DNA of 64,000 nt from Botryllus schlosseri (taxonomy: Eukaryota), in assembly GCA_051294905.1 (NCBI GenBank), contig CM119383.1, positions 4,216,001 through 4,280,000 on the forward strand, read 5' to 3'. Below, one piece after another: positions 38,135-51,689 of the stretch. The position numbers were made by a program, and so were the translations under genes. The notes below the pieces were generated by a model. The model made no database searches. It saw only the letters and a program-made list of their open reading frames with translations, and was not told the DNA's origin. The first letter of the stretch is position 1. The number at the start of each line of letters is the position of its first letter.

Positions 38135-41100
38135 ATGTCTCACCTACAATGCTATGACATCGATTATACTGGTGGTCTAATGGAGGTAAGAGTAATCAAG
38201 TTGTGAACATATATATTCGAGTACAAATTTAGTTATCTTCGTATTAGTTGGACATTATCGTATTTGTTCAATGTGAATATTCTTCTTTCGCAAGTATGCC
38301 CTGTGTTCTTGATCAGGCGCGTATCCAGAGCGCGAAAAAGGGGGGGGTTTTGACGGTCCGAAATTGGCTATTATGACGTCATCAATACGATCACTCGTCT
38401 AATCGCCAAGACGACTATTTACGATACATTATAGTTTAATAATAAAAAGAGATTTGTGGTGAGTGGGAGATGTACGAATACGATACAGACGATGTCTGAA
38501 ATTGTGTTTTTTTACGGTATGATTGAAAGACATTCGTAAATGCTCACATTTAGTCATGAGCCGGCAAACGCCGCCCGTCTCCAAGCGCCTAGTTCCGGCC
38601 AGAGATGCGCGATTTTGTTAGGTTTTGACGATATTATGCGCACGGCCGGTAGTATCGCAGCGGACGAACAAGCGCGGAATAGGGCGATTGCATGAACGAG
38701 GGCGATCGCGATCACCACAGAGAGGTACGTGTGAAAAGTGTACACGAACATGTGCTTTTCGATGGCTTTACTAGCCGTACGGCTGAGCGTGCAGCACGCG
38801 CGAAGATAATTAGACCTTAATTGCAAGCAAGCAAGTCAGTCGATTAATACTGAGTACACGCTGGGATAATAACTTGAGCGGCAGAGAAACTTGTCAGTCG
38901 ATATAATTAGGTTAACTTTACTACTAGGCCTACGCAATTCTCCCGTTCACCGGCAACATAGGCCTGTATTTCAACGACAGCAAGCCGCCTAACAATCGGG
39001 AACGCGGATTGCTAGGCTTGTATTTTGAAATGTGAATGTCAATCGTAGGCCATTGCTCGCCGATAACCACGAAGACAATGTGGATTTGAGAACAGCATTG
39101 TCGTACTGGTGCCGCCTTGTCTACGTCTGGCTTATCAATCAACACGCCGCCGTGCAATTCTTAATTAGGATTTCATGGCGAGCAGGTGCAGCGAATTCGC
39201 GGGCGATGTTGATTGCCGACAACGTCGTCTTTGCAATTACGTATCGCGTCGACCAATCAGATTAGATTTTCCTAAAATGCGTCTCTCGTTTTAGCAAGGC
39301 GAGAGAGAAATCGAGGGAAGAAAGTTGAGAACGTCGGCAACTGCCGCAGCTAAAATGTAGCTGAACAAGCGCAGAATTCGTACGGAATTAGTGAAATATA
39401 GTGACCTTTTTTTATCCTTGCGACTAATTCGGCGCATAATTCCAATATTTTGTAGGGGTTTTAGACCCCCTAAATAACATTAAGGCGCCATATTTGCCTT
39501 ATCATACGAGAAAACGAATATGTTGAACTGATAAATTAGCAAATATTAGAGGCTATATTTGACATCAATTTTTGGGATTTTGAAAAGGGGGGTGTTCCGA
39601 CCCCCTAAAACCCCCCCCTGGATACGCCACTGTTCTTGATGGTTGTGGGAAGAAAAAATGTATCTGATATCACTAACAATACTGTTTGAAATGCAAAGAA
39701 ATTTAGTATTATGTCAGCTGAGATTCTATACAATGTTTTCTAGCCTATTGGTTGTAACCAAGGCACAAGGCTCAGAGTCGCAAGCCAATCTCTCTTTTAG
39801 AATTTTGACCAAGTCAAGTCAGGGTGCTAAGGGTCAAGTCCTAGTCATATATTTTGATACTCGAGCTCAAGTCACATTGCCCACTGTTCTGTTTCGAGTT
39901 CAAGTCATGTTCAACTCCCTTTCTTACAACTCTGCTTTGGTGTTATCGAATGCTTTCAATCATCAAATTTATGTCTTGTCTCAGAAAATCCAGGCACTTA
40001 TAGCGCCACCGCAGAGCGAAGAAAGCATTCGTAGAGAAAAGAAGTTGCGTGCCGCCGAACGAGAGATGTGGAGAAAGCGATGTAACCACGAGACCTGCGA
40101 TGCGTGCGGTGAAGGCGGTGATCTGCTGTGCTGCGATCGCTGTCCTGCGGCCTTTCATTTGCAGTGCTGGTGAGGATTTGAAATTGATAGCAAATCAAGC
40201 TTTTGTGAAATTTTCATATATTCCAGCCATTTCATGGCCATTGTTTACATTATCACATTGTTTTAAAATTATCCAGGCCAAGATATGCCAGAAAAAATAC
40301 GAAGTACAAGTTAATTTTATCAAAATATGTAAAATGGACATACTCAACTTTGCACAACAACAATATTAGCATTGTTTGTTAGATTTTATGCTTGATAAGT
40401 GGTCAAAATTTGGTTCACGAACTGCCTAGGCCAATTCCAATTTTGAGTTGACCAGTGTAGTGATAGCGTCTGCATGATGTGTTAATGTATATTCGTAACA
40501 GCAATCCTCCATTGGAAGAGGACAAGGTTCCCCAGGGAGAGTGGGCTTGCCATCGCTGCGTTGTAACTGGCAATGTAAAGGTGAGTCCAACGCCTTGTAT
40601 GATGTTGGTGTTATTGTCACCACAATTTCTCTTGATTTACGCTTTAGAACAAGGAGGAGGGTCATCACAAGCATACGTTAACGCCGGCCGCTATGGCTTT
40701 GTTGAAAGAGGACCTGCCGGCGATAGTCAACAGTGACGACTTGTCGGGGGTTAAGAATAAAAGTGATGTGAAAGTAGCTGCGGAAGGCTCACCGCCTGTG
40801 CCATATCCTGAAAAGTAAGGTCTTTTTATGTTAGCGAATACCGTTGCTGTGCCTGGCTGGTGTCACAGTGGTTAATACGGTGGTTCTCAACCTTATTAGC
40901 ATGGCGACTGCTAATATCTTGAAACATATTTTCCAGTTCGGTGAACCTTTGAAAAGTCAAAATGTATTATGACAAATGTATATTAAAATTAGAAGCAAAC
41001 AGTAGAAACTTCTATTTAGTGAAGAATTTGCTTCTCTCCTTATGATATATCACAAGTTGAACGTGGCTTTATTGAATTTTCTGTACTGCAAAGTCCTGTT

Positions 41101-44100
41101 AATAACCAACTTGATTTTGATTGTTTGGGTTCTTTTAAAAGAACTGCGATTTTGCTGTTTGGCACCATCTGCCAAATATCGTTAAATTGTGGTGTTGAAA
41201 TTTAGTGAATGTTGTGAAAAAGTCATTCTTTCACGTGTAATTGGTCTTAAACGAGTTGCAGACTACTTTTAAACAGTTTGGTACAACACTCGCAACATTG
41301 TGACACATGCAAAGTTGACTGTGAACTCTATATTACGAAGCCGTGAAGTAAAACGCGTTCGGAATTTCTAAATCTATTCAAAATATGATGTTTAGTTCCT
41401 CAAATTAATGGACAAGCATTCGGCTTTTCGCATTTTTCTATTGAGATATATAATTGTATAGTATATCAATATCGAAATGAACTCGAACATTTTCGGATTA
41501 CACTCGTCAGGCAATTGATTAAATGATTACCCCTGAAAATATTTGGGTTTATTTCAATATGAGTATGCTAGTCGATTGAGTATTGAAGTTCATTACCTCT
41601 AATATGATTTTGATAAATATGCAGGCAGGAATGTTGATAACACCGGTCCAAGTATAGCCTGCTGAGAACACTGGGTTAGTAGACTGTTCTGTATTCAGAC
41701 CCTCTTCCCCGGCGGCCATGTTCCCTGCGAAACGGCGTACGTCAAAAACTTCGCCTACTCACTTCGGCAGCACCGAAGAGCAAGGCAATGCCAAGCCACC
41801 CGGCAAGCTCAGTAACGGCGGCGCTCTAGCAAACAGTAAGGACTGGAGGAAAAACGTTATCAAGCTGGTAACGCGCGGGCAGCAAGCCGCGATACAGGTA
41901 ACAGGAAATGAGCCTCCGGTAGACAGGCTTTGCCTGAGGGCCGCAATTATGTGGTTCACGTATAATGTTATTAATAGAGGATTCTCCTATGGAGCATTGT
42001 TTATCGGTGTTGTGCTGTGTACACGACTGTGATATTTGTGGTCTATAATCTGCACACGGTCGCTAGGGTTGGGACTTCGGGATCAAATTTGAAATCTCGG
42101 GATTTCCTGGGATTGTCGCTTCTCAATCCAGGGATTAGAAAAGTGGTAAAATACACATTCAAGTTACACAAACAAGATTTAGTCCTTGTGATATTGAATT
42201 GACGCAAAACATAAGAGCATCAAGAGTATCATCGTTTAGACCAGGGGTCTCAAACTCAAATTTACTCACGGGCCAATTTCGTAGTTTCTGAGGACGCGCC
42301 GGGCCGCAGCATCAAATAGCGGTATGATATTTATTACCAAGTAAGCCTTATTTGACGGCCTTGCAGACTGGCATTCCATACACATTGTGAAAATGTGATT
42401 CACTATTGTATTATTCACGTTTGCCACGAAAACGTCATATTTTTAAATATTTTATAAAAAATATTGCTGTGCTTGGCACAATTTGTCGAAATAAGTTATA
42501 GACAGTAAGACGCCATGCGAGACGACAAATGCATCATGTCATCGTAAAAGCTGTCGCGTTATAATTTCGGAGCTATATAGCGGACATGTGACATGTGATA
42601 ACGATTTAGGTTGTTAGAGTGGCTTTAAAGTGAATTTTAAGTTTCAAAGTCAGAAATATGATAATTTCCAGTTGAATATTGTCGAATACTTAAAAGTCAA
42701 AATGCCGACGCGGGCCGCAAAAACAGTTCACGCGGGCCGCGTGTTTGAGACCACTATTTTAGACAATCAGCCGAGTTTGTGGCACTGCTTTATTACCAAA
42801 ATAAGAGATATGGCGCTACGTAAGCCTTGTTAGATGCTGTTTACAAATCCCGGGATTTGGTTGGGATTATTCCCGGGATCGGGATTTCACGGGGTCCCAA
42901 CGCTAACGGTCGCGTGGCTTGGCACTTTGTGTCAGTAAGGACATCCAATCAGTCCTATTTTCGTGAGCTTTATGCTGGTTTTGTTGACCTGGCCAGTACC
43001 AGTTGGATGTGTGCGTGAGGTCCAGCTTAGATAGGCTACTCACTGTCCTGGCATGTCATTTGTGATTAAAGCGATATTCTATCTTCTTTTTTTATATGCA
43101 ATGTTGTTTTCAATTCTCTACTTGTTGCTGACGATTACCCCTGACGAATGTCAGCCGAAAATATTTGGGTTTATTTCAATATAAATATATTATTCGATTG
43201 TAGGTTAAAGTTCTATACCTCCAAGAGTCTCTTAAAATAATATCTTTCTAATTTACTATATTTGCAGACTCGCAATTACTGTAGCGAATTAGAAATCAAC
43301 CCGCAGCGCTTGCCGGTTTATAATGCAAATGCATCCTATTCATTGATATCGATATGAATAACGTGTCGTCCTGACGTACCGTTTTCCATTTCAGGAAGCC
43401 AAAGAGGCGGCCGAGCATAAAATCAGTCCCGAAAGTCCGTTCGCTTTGTTGATTAAAGCGGCGTGCTTACACAACACGTCCTTGTTCCAATTGCCTTCCG
43501 AATACGCTCCCAATTCCACCTTGCCAGGTAATCACGTTTGCGAAATTGTTTGGTGCCCATTTGCGCGCCAATCGGCTTCTTGTTGTTGCAGTAGGTTGCC
43601 GAGTAGGGCCAGTACAGAACAGGAAAGACTTGAATAGTTTAAATCTCTTTTCTGCGGCTACAAGGGAAATGCTGCTGCGATACTGTTTCAGTGCAGTGGT
43701 TCCCAATCTTCCTATACTCAAGGCCTTCAATTTGAAAATATTCTGTGGGCCGCCTCAAAATTTGATACGCCGGCTACTAATAAAAAAAGCTCAGCACCTT
43801 CGCTCACACCTAACTCTCGCCTTGTTTGATCGGAGGTAAGCACCTTTTGGACCCGTGGAAAAAAGAATATTTTGTCAGCTGCCGTCCTCCACATTGAAAA
43901 TGAGTCCTCTCGAAAATCCTTCCCATAATTCGTGAAATTCGTTGTTATCCATACTGTATATCGCATTGACGCGGTGTTCTGCCTCTGTGCATTCAGGTAC
44001 GAGCAAGAGAAGGAAAGACCGGGGCCCAGGGAGGCCGCGGAAGCCCCAGGCGCACGAGCTGGACGCGTCCGGGCTGGTGCCGCTGCCCGCCAAGCTATGT

Positions 44101-47100
44101 TTCCGATGCGGCAGGTTGGTGTCCATAGGGTAGCCTGCCTTCGTCATTTGCACTATAACATTGATTCCCCCCCCCCCTCTTATCCAGACTATCGGTCTAT
44201 CTTTATCCTCCCTCAAAGCCAGAGGTAATCAGTAATGAAGTACTTACACTTTTCTGTTGTACCCTAGTAGGTTTGATCTATTATTTCACTTCATTAGTTT
44301 TTTTTTCGTTTTTGGATCCTGAAACGCTAATTTTTGCATACTTTGATCCATGTGTAGTAGGCTGCTTGAAGGTTTTATCTACCTGTTTCATCTGTATGCT
44401 ACTTCTACTATCACATTTTTATGCTAAAACGCAGTTTTTTGCAAACTTGATGAATACATACTGATTTCCTCAGTACTCTAGTATGTTTTAACGACTCGTT
44501 TCACTTATTCATAGGTTTGTTTTGTATTCTACTTCTAGTCTAACAGTCTTTTCAATGTTGAGTTACTGATTTTTGCTTAGGTGATGCATATTTTGATACT
44601 TTCCGCGTCTCGCGGGTATTGATATTCATCGATTATTAAATAATTCAATTGAAAATCTCAAGAAGCCAAGCAGTTATTGAAGTATACTTGAGTGAACGTT
44701 CTAATATTTTAGCCCCCCTGTACGTTCCCGCTTTCCTTCACTCGAAATCGCCACGAGGAGGCAATGTCATCCACTTGGGTAACAACTGCGCTATGTGTAA
44801 CGTTGGCTCGTTTTTCAGGTCATGCCGACAGCGGCCTTTGATAAACTGCGACTACTGTCCTCTCTACTTTCACCTTGACTGCCTGGACCCGCCGCTGACC
44901 AACCCGCCAGGGGCGCGGTGGATGTGCCCCAATCATCCCGAGAGGGCAACGGTAGGTGACGGACGGTTTCGGCCAGGAGAGATTTATTACGTCAACCTAT
45001 CACAGAAAACAAACATGCAAATAGTATATAATTTACAGTGATTGATTAGTAGTACTTGCCGAAACACTGTAAGGCCATAATGTGATATTCAAAGTATCTA
45101 ATGAATAGGCCTACGGTGTTTTGTATGAAAAGAGTTGCAGACTGTTATGTAGCAAGAAAATCAACTAATGCCGGATTTTCGTGTCCAGCTGAGCGAGCAC
45201 CGACCGACTTTGACGCAGAAACTGCGCGTTTTTGACAAGTTTTCGTCCAGAATCGATCAGCACAGGATCAAGCTCGAGTTTTTGAGGAAGATGCACAGGT
45301 GAGTTTCCCGTCGCTAGTTTATTATTCTGACGTTCTCGCTTGTGGCACGATAAATTTGACTCCGGCATGAGACAATACGGTGATTCAGTTAGTACCTCAA
45401 GTCGCTGCGAATTTTGACTCGAGTCGAGTCATTTCAGAATTTTTCAAACCAAGTCACAAGTCGAGTCATTTCAAAATTCTTCAAATCAAGTCACGAGTCG
45501 AATAATTTCAAATTTTTCAAATCAAGTCACAAGCCTTGTCATCCCAAATTTATCAAATCAAGTCACAAGTCGAATAATTTCAAAATTTTTCTCAAATCAA
45601 GTCATGACTCAAGTCACTTAATTCTTCAAATCAAGTCATGAGTCGAACCATTTCAAATTTTTCAAATCAAGTCACAAGCCTTGTCATCCCAAATTTATCA
45701 AATCAAGTCACAAGTCGAATAATTTCAAAATTTTTCTCAAATCAAGTCATGACTCAAGTCACTTAATTCTTCAAATCAAGTCATGAGTCGAACCATTTCA
45801 AATTTTTCAGATCAAGTCACAAGCCTAGTCATCCCAAATTTTTCCAATCAAGTCACGAGTCGAAGTTATTTCAAATTTTTTCAAGTCACGAGTCGAGCCA
45901 CACAAAATTTGAAAGTGTCTCGAGTTTTCTGATTTTGAGGGCAACCTTGCCTTATCGAAAACGCTTTTTCAGAACTCTACCACTAAAAGACAAGATAGTA
46001 CAGCCCGTCTTCAAGCGTCTAAAAGTGCCCAGGGCCGTCAAGGATCACTACGAGAGACCCTCCACACCGCCTCCGCCCGCGTCAGACGAATACCTCGCGT
46101 CCTTAGGCGCCCTGCCTCGCGCCACACTGGACATAGAAGGGCCCCGTGAAAGCGACACCCAGTCCGTCTTGACTTCGGACCAAGACCTCTGGCTGCGGTC
46201 TGTGATAGGACTGCAGTCTGAAGCCGCTTTGCTGTTACAGCAGCGCGACGGCTGCGATACTACAACTCAAACTTCAGTTGCAATGAGAGAAACAATGTGT
46301 AGTAACCATCATGATACTAGCGGCTCTGAATCATCATTGTCCAATTTCGATAGCGACGAGCTTGTTGCTCCTAAGCCCGCGACGAAACAACCCGAGACCC
46401 TGCGTAGTATCGCGAGGCACGCCTTGAACAATGCGAGAAGTTCAGAATCGGATCTAAAATTCTCGCAAAATTCAGTGCGAACCCTAAAACGCAGGAATTC
46501 CGACCCCGTCGTGTCTAATTTGCCAAAAACGAAGAGGATCGAACAGAACGGATTTCACAGCTCGTCGTCCGATTCCAATTGTGACTCAGTCGCCCCTAAA
46601 AACGGCCTGCCCCAAAAGGATGAGACTGGGCTGGTCAACGGTGTCGCTAAACACGGACTGGATAGGGATGGAAGTGTGTCTACCCGTGCGTTGATTAAAT
46701 CGGAGATATCGTCTGTTGAAATTGGGGAGGAGATGAAGACGTCACCCGTGAAAGTGGAGAGCGTGGTCCGGGGTGGTGAATCGAGTCCCGACCCGTTGGA
46801 GTTTCTCGACCCGAACATGATACGGCTTCTGGCGCTGCAGCGACTGAGACAGTTGAACGGGGATCTTTGTCAGGTTGGTTGAGTATCTGAGTGATTCGAT
46901 CCCTAATCCATTGTTATTAGTCTTCGAGTATTCGACTGTCACTTGTAATGATGTATCAACAGTACGAATAATGCGGAATGTTCAAATGTGTACGACACGG
47001 GACCGCGAAGAATATAATGCTGACTTTACATCACGTTAACGGTAATCTGGTATTTTTTGACCACAGCTATTTCATGCATCGTTTCCAGTTATGTGTGTAG

Positions 47101-50100
47101 CTATACTACGCATGTTTCGTATGTTGCGACGCGACCACTCGCGGGTTACAGCGTTCCACAATAGAAAATAGCATCAGTTGTCGTGTACGAAATGGGACCA
47201 GATATTATTTCCGACTGACACTTGTCAGGGGTAATCGTCAGCAACTGATAGGGCATTGGAAAGAACATTGTATATCGACACAAAATATGATGTCATCGAC
47301 ATGAAATTTTGAATCATCACGGCGAAGAGAGCGCTTGAGCTCAGTGTACTATTGTACAATGTTCTTTTCAATTCTCTACTAGTTGCTGGCGATTACCCCT
47401 GACGAGTGTCGGCCGAAAATATTCGGGTTCATCTCTATGGATATACTATTCAATTGTAAATTGAAGTTCTGCACTTGCAAGAAGCTCTGCGAAAAGTTAT
47501 CGTTGCTTAGTCAGTTCTTAGTGGTAAGGGTCGTATTCATTCAGTACTGGAAAAAATTATATGGTTAGTCTTGATAGTTGTTAGAATTAATACTGGATTC
47601 ATATTCGATGATTGCCCCACCTTGGATCTCTCATGCTCGCGTTTTACAGGGTGACGTCGGTGTGTCTTTCAAAGCGAGCGCGATTCTTCCAAACGCGGCG
47701 CCCGAATGCGCTACGGATGAAGCTGACGCCTCTTCGGCAGTAGCCAACATCAAGCTAGAGACAGACGACGAGGTGAAAACTGAGGTCGACACTAAGGACG
47801 TCTGTGCTGTCAAGATGTATTCGAGAGCGGCCCTGGGCTCTGTGGACGGCAGCGAGCTGCATCGGATTCATTCCAGGTACGTTTGCCCGTTCGTTTCGTA
47901 AGGATAAATCTGACGGCAGACTTGCGCACTCGCTATTTCTGTAGTCAAAATCTGGAATTTGGGTTAGGTCTTGTGGTGTGTAGCGATCGCTGAAAAGCGA
48001 TGTAAAATTTGAGGATTGACAAATATCTCGAGTATTGAATAGCTGTATTTGTGAATAATGCAACATTTTACAATGTAACAAAAATTCGTTCTCTTATATA
48101 TAGTCTACTATGCTCTATGCCAGGGGTGGGCAACGGGTCGGATACGGGGAAATGAAGTACTTGGCGCCGTTGGCGGGCCGGATTCCTGAATCGATACATT
48201 GAACGCGTATTTATTGTCCAAGGATTATTCATATTTAATGTAACTTTTAAGTTTGAGGCATAGAAACCAAAACAGTGTTCAATGAATTTATAAATGTAAT
48301 GTATACCAATAACTGTTGAAGTCAATGAGACATCTATGGTCGATCAAAGTTGTGAACAAGTTCTTTGAATTCTGGCTACGTGTCGCGCGCATAGAAAACA
48401 AAGAACGGAAGAATAACTAAAAGTCACTGACGTTGAATGCACGAACACACCATCGTGCTAGCAGGGTTGTAATGACCCGAATCAGTAAAATGACTCGACC
48501 CGAGTCAATTTGTGCGGTACTTGTACTCGAGTCATTGTGCATGACTCGAACCAAGCCACATGACCCGAGACTAGGGCAGCCAAGACCGGCATTTCATTGT
48601 AACTTCGTTGAATAGTAAAGTCACCACATTATTGGTATTTCGTCTATCGGCCTTGATACTCTGCAAATAGGGCCAGAAACTGTTAGGATTGAGAAAAATT
48701 GCGATATTATGAATGCGAGTCATTCTATATCACTCGAGCAGAGTTGAATATAGTGGGTGGAACCGGATTGGACTCAAAACTGAACAGTGAACAAAATGAC
48801 TTGAACTCGTACTCGAGTCACAACTCTATGACTCGGACTTGACTCGGTGGTGAATTGAAAATGACTCGACGTGACTCAAGTCAAAACTATAAAAGGGACT
48901 TGCGACTCGGAACTTTGTAACTTGGTTACAACCCTGCACGCTAGTGACTACCAAATTATTGAATTCTTGATGTACTGTTTTCACTAATTCTGTTCATCTT
49001 GTTCATATGTAATGACAATTAAAGGATAACATGATACGGTCTATGAATAAAACACACGACTTGGCCTGTGGTTAGTGATTTATTGATTTGAAAGAACATT
49101 GTTTAGACGTAACTGCAGTCTGGTTTGAATCGTTGAAAAGTGATTTTCAAGTCACCCTTGCCTTTCATTTTGCTGATTCCGAGTCTGAGTTGAAATAGGA
49201 AAGGGCGAAGTTTAGAAGAGCTACCTTTTTGTGACAGGTCCTGTTCAATTGGCACTTCGGCGCACTGCGACATCGTCTTGCCGAACAACGCCAAATGCAA
49301 ATACCTCTCTTCTTTACACGCCCGTATCTTCTACGACGAGGTAACCGTTATGAAAGTGCTCTGTGGAATATGTAAATATCGTTGATTTCATTTATAGGTC
49401 GGGGAACGTTTCGAGCTGTTGAACTACAGCTGCTACGGGACTTGCGTCAGCGGGTTCCTGTACGGAATGGACAGCACGGCGCAGACCTCCCAGCTCAATA
49501 ATAAGTATCACAAAAGTCACAAATCGTGTAAAATGCATTCGCCGCTCAGTTTCAAAGTGTCGAAGGCGATCAAGTCCGTCGTAGACAAAAGTAAAGGTGG
49601 GTTTCGATGTGCTTTTGGAGAGCTCGCTTGTTAAGTACCGGTGCGCCAGTATTAGTAGCATATTGTTCAATGTCATGCTTGTTTGATGTGCATGTATTCA
49701 TTTGGCATCACCAAATACTGATCTGCGTAGCAAAAATCGGGTTTTAACATTATGAAACTCTGTCACGAGGTGCTTTTCCAAGCCTTCTGCAACTAGAGCT
49801 CAGTTCAGTTTCTGAATAATTCCATCAATTCAAAACACAGCAAGATCACGATAAAATGAAAAGACCGGAAGAATTCGAAAGGACCTGTCGTAGTTTTTCA
49901 GCCAAAGAAAGGCGGAAATTGGTCGCTTTCAGACCGTGCCAACGAGATGGTAGTTTGGGACAGTATGCCATCGGTTTTGTTGAAGGATTTCCAACTACTA
50001 TCCTGCTTCCGATCTTTGGTGCTGGGTTTTCCAACGTTTTGCCTTTTCCAAATCTAATAAACAGTCGTCTACTGCTCGATAATTGTTAACGTCCTCAGAA

Positions 50101-51689
50101 ATCAAAGCCAGACCAGAAATAGACCATTTCCGTCGTATTCGGATGGTTCTCAAATTCGTATTTCCACGGTGCCGTACTTTCGTACCCATGCTGTTTGTTT
50201 ATCGAAAGGTGACTGGACTAAGGCTTGTTTTTTTTTTACGTCAGACGAAGTTAATGCAGGCGAAAGGCAGACGAACATCGCCGGCACGGACAAATGCAAG
50301 TGTCATCGAAGATTCAGGAAAAAATGCGGATGGGAAGGTGAGGTAGTCTCGAGATGCCTTGTGCAAATCATGCTTGAATGTTGCTTTAATTTATTAACTA
50401 GGATGCTTTTTGACCTGCCAACTTTGAATATAGCTCTCGATTTATCAATTCGAAGACTTTTACCTACCAAACTTGAATATCGCTTTCAATATATCAACTC
50501 GTTCTAGATATATCTTTTCCAAATTATCAACTCAAAGACTTTGAAGAATTTTCACACTCCCCTTATCGAGAGTTATCAAGTATATCTAAATGGAAGAAAA
50601 ATTAATTTTGACACAGGGGGAGCGGTCTTGTACCACGGCGCGATTGTACAGTTCGGGTGCAACGAGTACGTTTTCAGCCTGCCCCAATTTTCGACCACCA
50701 ACCCGTTTGTCAAGCGAAAAACCACAATAGAACCAGTCGCGAGGACCCTACGGTCGCGTCTGGCCGACTACAAGAAACGCCGGCCCTGGCTCAAGTCCCG
50801 TCCCAAATCGAAGGTGACACCGTTGATATTAACACGTCCTGGTCCGGTAGAGACTATGAAAGCGGTCCGGACCGCGAAAAAACACGTTTACTCCGCTAAC
50901 GGGACGACAAGACACAAGAGCGTAGCGTACAGGCTCGTGGACAAGCGAGTGTCGGGGCTGAGAGACGAGTCGGGGCAGGCAAAGAAAGTAGTGCCCCGGT
51001 CGAAAAATATGGCGGGGCAGGTGAGACGCAAAGCGGACAGCGTGAAGAGTGTGAAACGTGTGGCTGTGTCTAAAAAGCCGAGGGTCACCGCCATAGAGGA
51101 AGAACCGACAGTCCGGGCTGGAGATGACGGGGCCGACGACAGTGACGCAAGTCTATCGGACGCAGCGCGTGGACGGAGGTTTTCGGCGAGGCAGAAAGCT
51201 CGCCGGGCCAGGGCGCATAACCGAAATTCAGACAGCGACGATGGATCGGTCCGCAGCGGGTCGCCGTTTTGTAGCGTGATGGACGCGGCGATTGAACGTA
51301 AGTTAGTCCGTAACGACATGGATGTGAGACCGGGTGGGTCTTCGACCGGGGCTGGTAGTCCGGTCTCGGTGGATGAAGTCGAGTTTAGCGATGAATCGGA
51401 GGTGGCGGACCGCGAGGTAGCGCCCGCGGTGGTACGGCAACGTAGCCGGTCGTTAATGGAGCTCATGTGTACCGAGACGCTGGATGATTTTGAGAGCCCC
51501 TCCAAGGACGGGTTGAAGGACTTTGAAAGGCCCTTGCCGGTTCTGATGCAGAATATTACAAGGGTGAATCATGGGGCGGCGGTACCGGGACGCGATAATG
51601 AACCTGTGCCTAAAAATGGCGGGGAACTCGAGCAGCAGCAGCAGTCTTCGCTGTTGCGTCTTGCTGATGTTGTGATGGAACAGGCGTAG
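38135..51689 (+). CDS. PHF12: PHD finger protein 12 (Pf1; Sin3/Rpd3S complex subunit) orthologue, 1268 aa, 15 coding exons
   Basis: Exons 38135-38185, 39985-40169, 40502-40580, 40648-40814, 41699-41897, 43395-43527, 43997-44114, 44819-44951, 45153-45298, 45973-46873, 47650-47876, 49238-49340, 49398-49596, 50245-50337, 50617-51689 (3807 nt, all GT-AG, phases consistent; the 45973 acceptor was preferred over an in-phase one at 45940). Motifs: N-terminal [23 protein letters not shown]1 [31 protein letters not shown]1/MRG-binding PFALLIKAA...FQLP, PHD2 CFRCGRSC...[33 protein letters not shown], and FHA region SIGT...HARIFYDE...ELLNYS...[11 protein letters not shown]. Confidence 0.93.
38314..39632 (+). 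mobile_element. Non-autonomous DNA transposon (8-bp TSD) in PHF12 intron 1 with CpG-rich interior
   Basis: TIR caggcgcgtatccag / ctggatacgccactg; perfect TSD ttcttgat (38306-38313, 39633-39640). Confidence 0.85.
42242..42756 (-). mobile_element. hAT Buster-type MITE (same family as 21409-22598)
   Basis: Termini caggggtctcaaac / gtttgagaccacta; TSD gtttagac / ttttagac. Confidence 0.85.
45414..45900 (+). repeat. Intronic higher-order tandem repeat (about 36-bp monomers, 145-bp period, about 3 units) derived from the gactcgagtc MITE family
   Basis: Monomer core tcaaatcaagtca; the marker aagcct(t/a)gtcatcccaaatt recurs at 45531, 45676 and 45821 (exact 145-bp spacing). Confidence 0.85.
47395..47428 (+). 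ncRNA. Minimal type I hammerhead ribozyme motif (Penelope-derived), intact core, in PHF12 intron 10
   Basis: Stem I ACCC/GGGU, CUGACGA, short stem-loop II, GAAA, palindromic AAUAUU helix III, UC cleavage site (after 47424). Confidence 0.7.
48462..48936 (-). mobile_element. CAGGGTTGTAA MITE
   Basis: TIR cagggttgtaa / ttacaaccctg; TSD cgtgctag / cacgctag (6/8). Confidence 0.85.

Noticed and set aside
38530-39350. CpG-rich segment with homeodomain sites as a native host enhancer or CpG island
   Set aside because: It lies inside TIRs with a perfect 8-bp TSD, so it is transposon cargo (reported as such).
45414-45900. Regularly spaced ~36-bp repeats as a CRISPR array
   Set aside because: The 'spacers' are themselves repeated with a 145-bp period, the context is a eukaryotic intron and there are no cas genes.
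50888-51505. 205-aa minus-strand ORF (also 46555-46818 and 47631-47813)
   Set aside because: These are antisense shadows of GC-rich PHF12 exons with low-complexity translations.
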